From the IMG/VR virus record IMGVR_UViG_3300046808_000440, positions 1 through 38,053 of that record: DNA of 38,053 nt; one strand, 5' to 3'. Below, piece after piece: positions 16,386 to 25,394 of this stretch; position 1 is the stretch's first letter, and every line of letters begins with the position of its first letter. The notes beneath the pieces were generated by a model that had not been told where the DNA came from, did not search any database, and saw nothing but the letters and a program-made list of their open reading frames with translations. Made by a program: the position numbers and the translations under genes. The stretch is from a virus (taxonomy: Duplodnaviria; Caudoviricetes).

Positions 16386-18911
16386 TTAAACTGACATAAC
16401 AGCAGAAACAGCACTTCTACCAGCACCACTTATAACAACTGCCACGTTTGTAGTCGCGCTAGAACTTGTTGTAATAGATTTAGTGTAGTATTCGCCAGTA
16501 GAGAATCTCATACTATCTCCAGAGATATTTAATGTCACTGTAACTTGCATTCTATTTCCAAGAGCATCATATGCGTCTACTAAAAGGTTGGTATTGATAT
16601 CACTGCCAGAATAAACATACTTAGTATCATCAATACTGTTTGGATCTGCATTCTGCAGTCGTATATTAATATTTGCAGGAATTCCATTGTTTAGAACATG
16701 AACAGTAACACGACCAACCGTACTATTTCTAGATGTTAACCAGATACGATCTAGTTCGTCAATACCGTATCCTCTTGTTCTAATATTATTTTTATATCCG
16801 CCACGCCAGCCAACCTTCACGTTCATAGTTCCAGCAGCTGTTCCACTAACCTGTCCACTCATATTAGAATCAGTGATAAATTTAAATGTATCTGCATCAG
16901 GAACAGAGAAAACTCTATATACACCATTTGGTGCACCGCCTGTTGCTGTAGCTCCAGAAGTTGTTATAACATCACCAACAACTAATCCATGTGCAGTTTT
17001 TGTAACTGTAACTGTACTAGTATTAACACCATCAGTAGCAGTTGTATAACTCCAAGAATCTGCATCAAAAGAAATAGGATCAAACTGCAGCATTCCAGTT
17101 CCGTTAGTTCCATAGATAACCACTTTATCCTGATTCGCAGATTGATGTCCATATGGTGACCAAGACAATGGGAAATCATATATGGCTGGGAAATGATAAG
17201 CACTATGGAATGTCAATGCATCGTCGCCAGTTCCTGCTCCAACTGTAAAAGTCATCCATGTTCTAGATTTGACTGTTGGGAATCTAGTTTGGCTTGAATA
17301 GAAGAACGAATCAGAAACAGTAAACGTAATGTAGTTTACACTGTTTTTAGTAAACTGATATGGTTGACACCACCAGTTATTAATTCCGTTTGCGTTCCAA
17401 GAGTTTGCAGTTGGTATTGCTGCATATGTGGTGTATGTTGTTCCACCAGGATATGTTAACCCGCAATCTGTTTTAACTATTGGTAGCGCTTCTGTAGTAG
17501 TTACGCCAGAAATATTGGCAGAAGCAAATCCAATAGTGCCAGTTGGAGTCGCTAATGCAGTGTATGTAAATGTATCTGCTGTTGGAACTGTAGCAATCGC
17601 AAAGAAGTTACCATTTGGCGGATTGGTTGTGGCAGTTAATCCAGTAACTGCAATAACATCACCAACCTTAAATCCATGCGCTACTCTTGTTACAGTAATA
17701 GTTGTAGTAGCAAATGTTACGTTAGTTGGTGTAAACGAAATTGCAGTAGTTCCCTTTGTCCAAACCAAACGCATTGGTGCGAGTACGTTACTTGTGTTAA
17801 AGTGCCCAGAATAAAATACTTTTCTAGTTGAGGATGCGTGCCTAATATTACTTGGGAATGCTGGAATAATCGAACTAGCAGCGTTAGTTGGCAATTGCGC
17901 TGAAATCAATGTAGTAGTAGTTCCAACACCTCTTGGAATATAATATCTGTTTACAGTATAGGCATTGGTTGTCGCACCAGCCATTTGGAGCATATAAACA
18001 AAGTATTCATCGCGACCCATGTAAAACTTCCAATCACTGGAGTTTAATGTTGTATATGTTGGTCGGCTGACACCACCAGTTGCACTGTTATCTGCATATG
18101 TCCATTGATAACCTTTGAGTACATTTAAACGCATCATTGGTGTACCGTTTTCAGTTTCAAAACCGAAAGCAGAACGACATTCAGCAACTACGTTCATAGT
18201 TCCAGCAGCAGTACCAGTTGGAGCTACAGCTGTAACATATGTAAACGAGTTAGTTGCAACTGTATAAACAAGCCATGTTCCGTTTGGAGCATTGGTTGTC
18301 GCGACTGCACCAGTTACTGTAATAGTATCTCCTGGCATCAAACCATGAGAGTTCCAGTTAACAGTAATTGTTGAACCAGAATATGACCAAGATAATGCAT
18401 TAAAGTTTAATTGATCTGTACGTTCAAACAAATGGCAGTTAACCATTGTATCTGATTGACGATAACTCTGCGCACGTTGATTCATGTCAGCGCCACACCA
18501 GTGATCACCTGTTGTTTCGTTGGTAGTAATACTTCTTGGATAAGAAAGAATGCTCAATCCATTTCTAGCATTAGTTCTCCACGCCATAGTTGGAATACAT
18601 TCATTTAAATCTAAACTACACTGCCATGTATTAAACAATCCTGGCATGTAATAGATGTCATTTTGCGAACCAGAAAATGCACATCCATCAATACCAGTTG
18701 CAAAATTTACTGGACCATAGTTATCATAATCAGCGCTGACGTTAAATAAATTGGCTCTTGATTGCCAGTAGAATGTTTCTGCTGGTCTTGGTGTTAAAGT
18801 CGTATAATCATAAGCGTATGTGTCAATGAATATACGACTTTTTGTTGTATCTGGATCTTTCCAGATAATACCATATCTTGAGTTTAATCTTGTTGTAAGT
18901 AGTTTAGCCAT
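16386..18911 (-). CDS. Propeller-like virion protein with three inserted HGL..GD..NG beta domains (E1-FCCH-like phage repeat)
   Basis: 841 aa; paralog of 14547..16376, carrying three ~75-90 aa inserts. Confidence 0.65.
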   Translation of the reverse strand: MAKLLTTRLNSRYGIIWKDPDTTKSRIFIDTYAYDYTTLTPRPAETFYWQSRANLFNVSADYDNYGPVNFATGIDGCAFSGSQNDIYYMPGLFNTWQCSLDLNECIPTMAWRTNARNGLSILSYPRSITTNETTGDHWCGADMNQRAQSYRQSDTMVNCHLFERTDQLNFNALSWSYSGSTITVNWNSHGLMPGDTITVTGAVATTNAPNGTWLVYTVATNSFTYVTAVAPTGTAAGTMNVVAECRSAFGFETENGTPMMRLNVLKGYQWTYADNSATGGVSRPTYTTLNSSDWKFYMGRDEYFVYMLQMAGATTNAYTVNRYYIPRGVGTTTTLISAQLPTNAASSIIPAFPSNIRHASSTRKVFYSGHFNTSNVLAPMRLVWTKGTTAISFTPTNVTFATTTITVTRVAHGFKVGDVIAVTGLTATTNPPNGNFFAIATVPTADTFTYTALATPTGTIGFASANISGVTTTEALPIVKTDCGLTYPGGTTYTTYAAIPTANSWNANGINNWWCQPYQFTKNSVNYITFTVSDSFFYSSQTRFPTVKSRTWMTFTVGAGTGDDALTFHSAYHFPAIYDFPLSWSPYGHQSANQDKVVIYGTNGTGMLQFDPISFDADSWSYTTATDGVNTSTVTVTKTAHGLVVGDVITTSGATATGGAPNGVYRVFSVPDADTFKFITDSNMSGQVSGTAAGTMNVKVGWRGGYKNNIRTRGYGIDELDRIWLTSRNSTVGRVTVHVLNNGIPANINIRLQNADPNSIDDTKYVYSGSDINTNLLVDAYDALGNRMQVTVTLNISGDSMRFSTGEYYTKSITTSSSATTNVAVVISGAGRSAVSAVMSV

Positions 18912-19149
18912 TATTTTCTTCCTGAGGAACTTCTTCTGTTTCTTCTACGATCTCTACTGGTTCTGGAGGCATATACTGATGTTTAACAGATTCCCACCAA
19001 GCGAGAGCATCTGCTTCGTCTAACCAAGGATCTCCTGTGTTGGGATTAAATGGCTGAATAACTGCAAGGCGACCATCCATTGGTGTGCCTTCTTCGTATA
19101 CCATCAATGTAGCTCCACCATGGAACTCTACTCTGAAACAATCTGTCAT
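18904..19149 (-). CDS. Small acidic hypothetical protein (QPFNPNTGDPW..ALAWW), possible assembly accessory
   Basis: 81 aa ORF overlapping both neighbours; acidic tail. Confidence 0.65.
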   Translation of the reverse strand: MTDCFRVEFHGGATLMVYEEGTPMDGRLAVIQPFNPNTGDPWLDEADALAWWESVKHQYMPPEPVEIVEETEEVPQEENNG

Positions 19150-19565
19150 AATGCTGTCCTAGTGAATAAAAAACTTACTACTAAATTAGAACCTACTGGA
19201 GATAAACCAGTGTTAGTTATATCCACTGTTATATAATCTCCATTTGCTGTTGTTATATTTGTATTTATTTGACTTGAAGACTGTCCTGCTGTAATTGTAA
19301 CTGTTTGAACAGAAGTCCCATTTTTGCGAACAACTATTGTAATATTTGCACCAAGAGGAGCTGTATCTACCTGCGCTCTGATTCTGGAGATTAATAGTTC
19401 TCCCTGCGACCACCATCTAATAGTTCCGTTGTTTACTATTATGTTGCCAGGATAATTAAAATGTCTCTCGTAGTACTGAGTAGTTAAACCAGTAGCTGGA
19501 TCTATTTTTGCCAAAGATATAGCATTATCTTTGAACATATCTGTATTAATTCTTGTTAATGCCAT
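19146..19565 (-). CDS. Small adaptor: MALTRI..AISLAKID peptide plus beta-sandwich domain
   Basis: 139 aa; C-terminal domain is paralogous to that of 4..447. Confidence 0.7.
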   Translation of the reverse strand: MALTRINTDMFKDNAISLAKIDPATGLTTQYYERHFNYPGNIIVNNGTIRWWSQGELLISRIRAQVDTAPLGANITIVVRKNGTSVQTVTITAGQSSSQINTNITTANGDYITVDITNTGLSPVGSNLVVSFLFTRTAL

Positions 19566-19576
19566 TTTAAACTTTC

Positions 19577-20542
19577 CTAGGAAACACTATTAAAAGTTAC
19601 TGTACAAGATGCTGATAAACGATACCATCTATAATCTCCAAATTCTGCAAAAGTAGGAGTAGTATCAGTTACTACTGCCAGAGGATAATTTTTTGGATAT
19701 CTCATAATAACTACTCCAGATCCACCTGCATAATTTCCACCTCCACCACCGCCACTATTTGTTCTCCCTGGTCCAAATGTATTTGTTCCAGCAGTAGTGC
19801 TATATGTTCCTGAAGATGATCCGCCACCGCCAGTTGTTCCGTGTGCTCCACCACCGCCACCACCTAAACCTCCTGCTCCACCACCATCATTATATCCTCC
19901 AACACCACCACCGCCTCCACCGCCACCGTAAGCATTAAACATTCCAGGGTAATTAGATGGTAACCAATTTATGGTAAATCCATCGCCACCTTTACCTCCA
20001 TATGGAGATCCAGCTGCACCTGCTTGACTTGCTCCTCCGCCACCGCCACCACCTCCAGGGAAGGAACCATTAGCTCCTGCAAATCCTTGACCAGCTGTTC
20101 CTCCACCACCAGAAGCAGATCCTCCTGCAGCACCAGCGCCACCGCCACCTCCAGATCCGCCAGTGCCACCTGCTCCACCAGAATCTCTTGATGCTCCACG
20201 TCCACCACCTATCGCGGTATAGTTCACACCTGGACCTACAACAGTAGTATTACTACCAGTTCCTCCACTTGCTCCTCCTCCACCACCGATTACAATTGTA
20301 AATGTAGTAGTTTGTGTTATGGCGTAAGCTCCACCGTTTGGTTGTTTGGTTGATGTATCAACCCCATAATAAAGCATACCACCTGCACCACCACCACCAC
20401 CTTGAGAGTTTCCACCACCACCACCTGCGAGCATTAATATTTCAACAGTATATGGCAATAAAATAGGTGGCCAATAGCCATTAGGATCTGCTTTTATCCT
20501 ATAAATCTGATATAATTTATATAATGTTGGTAAAGTTGCCAT
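19577..20542 (-). CDS. Glycine-rich tail adhesin-like protein
   Basis: 321 aa; VEILMLAGGGGG...GGSGVVIMRY. Confidence 0.75.
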   Translation of the reverse strand: MATLPTLYKLYQIYRIKADPNGYWPPILLPYTVEILMLAGGGGGNSQGGGGGAGGMLYYGVDTSTKQPNGGAYAITQTTTFTIVIGGGGGASGGTGSNTTVVGPGVNYTAIGGGRGASRDSGGAGGTGGSGGGGGAGAAGGSASGGGGTAGQGFAGANGSFPGGGGGGGGASQAGAAGSPYGGKGGDGFTINWLPSNYPGMFNAYGGGGGGGGVGGYNDGGGAGGLGGGGGGAHGTTGGGGSSSGTYSTTAGTNTFGPGRTNSGGGGGGNYAGGSGVVIMRYPKNYPLAVVTDTTPTFAEFGDYRWYRLSASCTVTFNSVS

Positions 20543-21534
20543 TATAACGGTGCAGAATAAAAAGTTATAGTTCCTGATCTATCGAAAAAGTGATATGTGT
20601 TTCCTTCTGTTTCTAAAACACTATCACCACCTGTTGCTCTAGGTGAACCTTTATATTTAAAATATACTTTACCATCTGTTCCATTAGCAGAGGCAGCACC
20701 AGGATTACCAGCATTTCCTCTTTGAGTGCCTGAAGCATTTCCTACGGCAGTTCCTGTTGCTGCGTATAATGTTGCGGCAAGAAATGTTCCTGGTTTTATG
20801 TAACCACTACCACCTCCTCCGCCACCCATGGTATTGCTTTCGGAATAACCACCTGCACTTCCACCCCAGTAACCTCCACCACCAGCACCGCCATAACTAT
20901 TAATCAAACAAGAACCACCTTGTAGAGCACCTTGAAATCCATTTGTGTCCTGTGGACTGTCGCAAGAAGCATTAACACCAGCAGCAGTTTGCGAACCACC
21001 TCTTCCAGCATATAATGGTTTAGAATCATATGGAGAAGCGCCATCTTGTGCAATCAATCCACCACCGCCACCACCAGAGTTACCTATTCCTGCTCTTGAG
21101 GAACCACCACCGCCTCCACCACCAGCTATTAATACTGCAGTTTGTTGAGTTTTAGTTGATGAACTAAACAATCCACTATAACCTCCACCGCCTCCACCAT
21201 ATATGTTATTTGCTCCACCAAGACCATCTCGCATTGCTATACCGCCACCACCTTCTCTATACACATATTGGTTAATTAAACCAGCTTGCCCAACAGTAAT
21301 ATGATAAGTGATAGTTTGTGTTGGAAAATTAAAATATGCTGTTGCTGCTCCACCACCACCACCTGGTGCGCCAAAACTCCATCCTCCTGGAGTTCCGCCA
21401 CCTCCACCTGCACCCCACAAATAAACTTCAATAATACTAGTATTAGCCCATCGATAGTTAGATGGATTTGTAAAATCTGCTATTTCCCCCAACTTCCATA
21501 CGCCATAAGCACTAGTAAGAGAGGGAAATGCCAT
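20542..21534 (-). CDS. Glycine-rich protein (ALK/LTK glycine-rich-domain-like subtype)
   Basis: 330 aa; YLWGAGGGGG, GGGGGYSGLF..VLIAGGGGG, GGGGYWGG, GGGGSGY motifs; GVWKL N-terminal motif. Confidence 0.7.
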   Translation of the reverse strand: MAFPSLTSAYGVWKLGEIADFTNPSNYRWANTSIIEVYLWGAGGGGGTPGGWSFGAPGGGGGAATAYFNFPTQTITYHITVGQAGLINQYVYREGGGGIAMRDGLGGANNIYGGGGGGYSGLFSSSTKTQQTAVLIAGGGGGGGSSRAGIGNSGGGGGGLIAQDGASPYDSKPLYAGRGGSQTAAGVNASCDSPQDTNGFQGALQGGSCLINSYGGAGGGGYWGGSAGGYSESNTMGGGGGGSGYIKPGTFLAATLYAATGTAVGNASGTQRGNAGNPGAASANGTDGKVYFKYKGSPRATGGDSVLETEGNTYHFFDRSGTITFYSAPL

Positions 21535-21887
21535 TAAGCAATTTCCTCATATGAAACAACTGCAACTAAATCTCCGCTAGCTGATGCGGTAACTCTGAGC
21601 TGATCGCCTTCTTCCAAATAAATGTTTTTACTAATTACATCAATGGTTGAAGAGGCTGGCACTGGAGTCGCAGACATTATATAATATGAAACTGAGTTTC
21701 TATAAATTTCTAATGTTGCATTCACTGAAGCTGCTGCATCTATATTACTTAAATATATTGATGTGACCTTAAAAACTTTGTTTGATGCTGCTGTATTAGT
21801 AACTACTGCTGTAGGCGAAGTAGTTACATTTAACACTGCAGTTTTAGCATATAGAGAACCAATATTGATTATGTTTGGGTTAGCCAT
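21534..21887 (-). CDS. Small beta-sandwich connector protein (MANPNII family)
   Basis: 117 aa with IYLEEGD..VSYEEIA; TAAGGA SD; TAATG overlap with the downstream gene. Confidence 0.7.
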   Translation of the reverse strand: MANPNIINIGSLYAKTAVLNVTTSPTAVVTNTAASNKVFKVTSIYLSNIDAAASVNATLEIYRNSVSYYIMSATPVPASSTIDVISKNIYLEEGDQLRVTASASGDLVAVVSYEEIA

Positions 21888-21896
21888 TTATTTTCC

Positions 21897-24800
21897 TTAT
21901 CCAAAGAACATTGACAGAGCAATCGCTTTTCCTACACTGGTTCCATCACCAGGAGTTGTACTCTGTGCAAAAATAATTATTTCAATTTCGTAGTTTAAAT
22001 CTGGTGCTTCTGAGAAAGTCAAAGTTGCTCCTGATACACTATATGTTGCCTTTGCCTGTGGAACACCACCAACTATAACTAAAGTTTGATCTTTATTACC
22101 TGGCGTAGTTGAGAGATTGAATACTGTTTGTGTTCCGTTACCAATAAAAGAGTTTACAATAACAGGAATATCTGTTCCACCACCTCCACCGCCACCAGTA
22201 GCAGAAATAGTTATTGTATCTGTTATTGGATCTGTAGTGATAGAAACTCCAGATCCAGCACTTAGCGTAAGTGTATCTGTTGCGGAATCAGCAACTACAT
22301 TAGATTGTCCAAAAACAGAAATAGTTTTGAATGTTTCAGAAGCGCCACCACCGCCACCACCGCCAGTATTTGTGATTGTTACTGTATCTGTTGCAGCATC
22401 AGTAGTAATAGAAATTCCGCTGCCAGCTACTAATGTTAGTGTATCTGTAGTAGTATCAGCAACTACGTTGGACTGACCAGCAACCGCAATAGTAGAGAAG
22501 GTATTTCCTCCGCCACCGCCACCAGTAGCAGAGATGGTAATCGTGTCAGTTGAATCATTTGTTGTAATCGTTACGTTACTTCCAGCAACAAGAGTTAGAG
22601 TATCTGTTGATGAATCTGCAACTACGTTGTTTTGTCCAGCAACTGCGATGGTAGCGAAAGAATTGCTACTACCCCCACCACCGCCAGCTAATAAATTAGA
22701 ACCTACACCAGCACTGGCTCCACTCAAGTCAAGATAAGCACCGCGATTAGTTCCGCCATTTTCAAAGAAACGGATTTTATTTTGATAAACATCAACAGTT
22801 ACACCAGTACCGCCAATTGTTGTATTTGTTTGCGGTTTGGCTAGAAAGATCTCTCCACCTTCATCACCAGATGAGAATAAACTCTTAAGATTACCAGTTG
22901 TGCTTACATCACCAGTAATATCACCAGAGATAGTTGGAGAAGAGAGAGTTTTATTGGTGAGTGTTTCAGCTCCTGCTAAAGTTGCTATGTCAGCATCAGT
23001 TACCGCAGTATTAAACTGAGCGATCGTTCCGCTAACAGTATTGTTTGCTAAAGATATTGTTTTGTTTGTCAGTGTTTCACTACCAGCTATTGTTGCTAGA
23101 TCAGCGTCAGTTACTGCAGTATTAAATTGCGCTAATGTGCCACTGACTGTATTATTTGCTAGAGATATTGTTTTATTGGTTAGTGTCTGAGTTCCAGTAT
23201 CTGATACCAGGACAGCATCAGCATTACCTATTGTCGATCCACCAGGCAATAATAGTTTATTAGTAGCAGCTTGAGAATGTGGCTGAGATGCAATCTTCTG
23301 CCCATGAGAGTTGACGTGGCAGTTTAACTGAATTTGTCCGTCAACTGAAACACCGTCACCTTGAACCTCTAGTATATTAGTAGCAGGTTTAAATACTACG
23401 TTTCCAGAAGCAGAAGTTGTTATTCCACCGAGAATAGGAGAAGTTAATGTTTTGCTGGTTAATGTTTGAGAACCAGTTAAAGTGACAACTGTATTGTCTA
23501 CTGCTACCCCTATAGTGTCAGTTCCAGCAGTTGTTGTTATTGCAATACCAGAGCCAGCAGATAATGTTAAAGTATCAGAAGAACTGTCAGCAACTACGTT
23601 GGACTGCCCAGCAACTGCGATAGTAGAGAATGCATTGACCAGAACACCAGAGATAGTTGTAATCTCTATGTTGTAACCATTGTATGGAGCAGTAGTAAAT
23701 GTTAATACGTTTCCTGATACAGAATAAGTGTCTTTAAACTGTACAACACCTTCCATAACCACTATAGTGTGGTCTTCATTTGTTGGTGTTGACGAGAGAG
23801 TATATTGTGTAGTAGTTCCGTCGCCAGTAAATTTGTCAACTAATGTTGTTATTCCACCAGAACCTCCACCACTGCCACCAGTAGAATTAATAGTGATACT
23901 ATCAGTAGCAGCATCGGTGGTGATAACAATGCCAGTTCCTGCAACAAGAGTTAATGTATCTGTTGAAGAATCTGCAACTACAGAAGATTGTCCGTTAACT
24001 GCGATAGTTCTAAAAGTATCTGAGCCACCACCGCCACCGCCAGCGTTAAACTGAACCCATGTTTGCCCAGAAAAACTTGTCAAGTAGTGATTGGTTTGAA
24101 CCCATCCAGTTAACCCGTATGTTGTTCCCTCTAGTACAAGAACTGATGTCCCTTCTAGTTCCTGGAAAGTATCAGCATCGGTAGCTCTACTTAATGTATA
24201 AGTTGTGCCATTATCAGTATAAGTGTAAATACCGTTGTTAGCTGCAGTTGTTTGATTCTTTAAAAGGATCCTATATCCAGTATCTGCAGATGTTAGTGCA
24301 GCATGTCCATCTATAACTAGAGTATTTGTGTTTCCTGTTAATGCTACGTTACTTGCAGCCAAAAGATTAACAGCTGATTTCCAGTTTAATCCAGCAGCTA
24401 CATCATCGACGTATTGTTTTGTGGCAGCATGTAAAGCACTTGTAGGAGCACCAGCAAGTGTTAAATTGCCAGTCATTGTATCTCCTGCCTTATTGACAGG
24501 AGTATATCCTAGTGCTGTTTGGTAATAAGAACCATCATTACCATCAAGTAAATCTGCATTTAAACCGCTGGCTGGACCATCTAGTGTTTTTACTGCATCT
24601 AAAATATTTTGTGCGCTAACTGATCCTGTTAAACCATTAACAGAAGTTACGCCAGTATTTGTAATTGTTATTGTATCTGTTGTAGCATTAGTTGAGATGT
24701 CAATACCAGAACTAGCAGCAAGTGTTAGTGTATCTGTAGATGAATCAGCAACTACATTAGAATGACCAGAAACAGCAATAGTAGTAAAAGAATTAGAAAC

Positions 24801-25385
24801 TGTATCTGTTGCATTAATGGTGATACTATCATTGACAGAATCTGTTGTTATGGTGACATTAGATCCTGCTACGAATGTTAACGTATCGGTAGTGCCATCT
24901 GCTATAACATTAGACTGCCCAGAGACTGCTATGGTAGAGAATACATTATTGACTGCACTACCAGTAATTGTTATTGTATCACTTGCATTGTCGGTAGTTA
25001 TAGTAATACCAGTGCCAGCTACCAATGTTAATGTGTCACTGGAACTATCGGCTGCTATCGTATTTTGACCTGTGACAGCAATATTTGTAAAGCTATTTGG
25101 AGAAGGAATATTTAAAGTTACCCACTGAACTCCAGAGCCAGTAGATTGCAAATATTGACCAGAACTTCCAGTGCTAGACGCAGCGGTTAAAGTTCCAGTC
25201 AGAATTAAATTTTGTGCAGTTTTATTTGTAAGTGTGGCAGTTCCAGTTAGCGTAACATAATTGTTAAGATCGCTAGCCTGAAGTGGCGTGTAGCCAAGTT
25301 TGTCTGTAATGGCAGTTGATGCTAACTTAGCAGCTGTTACGCTACTATCAGTTATATCACCAGTTCGTATTGTAGTTCGTGCCAC
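21897..25385 (-). CDS. Long repeat-rich tail fibre
   Basis: 1162 aa with a GTG start after TAGGA. Contains GLNADLLDG, AATKQYVD and TLTNKT fibre motifs and eight F.TIAV.GQ..V.AD..DTLT..AG repeats; ends GKAIALSMFFG. Confidence 0.8.
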   Translation of the reverse strand: MARTTIRTGDITDSSVTAAKLASTAITDKLGYTPLQASDLNNYVTLTGTATLTNKTAQNLILTGTLTAASSTGSSGQYLQSTGSGVQWVTLNIPSPNSFTNIAVTGQNTIAADSSSDTLTLVAGTGITITTDNASDTITITGSAVNNVFSTIAVSGQSNVIADGTTDTLTFVAGSNVTITTDSVNDSITINATDTVSNSFTTIAVSGHSNVVADSSTDTLTLAASSGIDISTNATTDTITITNTGVTSVNGLTGSVSAQNILDAVKTLDGPASGLNADLLDGNDGSYYQTALGYTPVNKAGDTMTGNLTLAGAPTSALHAATKQYVDDVAAGLNWKSAVNLLAASNVALTGNTNTLVIDGHAALTSADTGYRILLKNQTTAANNGIYTYTDNGTTYTLSRATDADTFQELEGTSVLVLEGTTYGLTGWVQTNHYLTSFSGQTWVQFNAGGGGGGSDTFRTIAVNGQSSVVADSSTDTLTLVAGTGIVITTDAATDSITINSTGGSGGGSGGITTLVDKFTGDGTTTQYTLSSTPTNEDHTIVVMEGVVQFKDTYSVSGNVLTFTTAPYNGYNIEITTISGVLVNAFSTIAVAGQSNVVADSSSDTLTLSAGSGIAITTTAGTDTIGVAVDNTVVTLTGSQTLTSKTLTSPILGGITTSASGNVVFKPATNILEVQGDGVSVDGQIQLNCHVNSHGQKIASQPHSQAATNKLLLPGGSTIGNADAVLVSDTGTQTLTNKTISLANNTVSGTLAQFNTAVTDADLATIAGSETLTNKTISLANNTVSGTIAQFNTAVTDADIATLAGAETLTNKTLSSPTISGDITGDVSTTGNLKSLFSSGDEGGEIFLAKPQTNTTIGGTGVTVDVYQNKIRFFENGGTNRGAYLDLSGASAGVGSNLLAGGGGGSSNSFATIAVAGQNNVVADSSTDTLTLVAGSNVTITTNDSTDTITISATGGGGGGNTFSTIAVAGQSNVVADTTTDTLTLVAGSGISITTDAATDTVTITNTGGGGGGGASETFKTISVFGQSNVVADSATDTLTLSAGSGVSITTDPITDTITISATGGGGGGGTDIPVIVNSFIGNGTQTVFNLSTTPGNKDQTLVIVGGVPQAKATYSVSGATLTFSEAPDLNYEIEIIIFAQSTTPGDGTSVGKAIALSMFFG
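22948..23187 (-). repeat. 111-bp (37-aa) tandem duplication inside the fibre
   Basis: TLTNKTISLANNTVSGT(L/I)AQFNTAVTDAD(L/I)AT(I/L)AG(S/A)E twice; protein nearly identical, with many synonymous differences. Confidence 0.85.
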
Positions 25386-25394
25386 TTTTTATTC

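Noticed and set aside
19262-19269. Intragenic AATAAATA box
   Set aside because: Explained by Gln-Ile-Asn-Thr codons in AT-rich DNA; cannot be distinguished from chance.
889-21534. Glycine-rich domains as ice-binding or eukaryote-derived (ALK) genes
   Set aside because: Polyglycine II bundles are widespread in phage tail proteins; nothing here supports antifreeze function or transfer.
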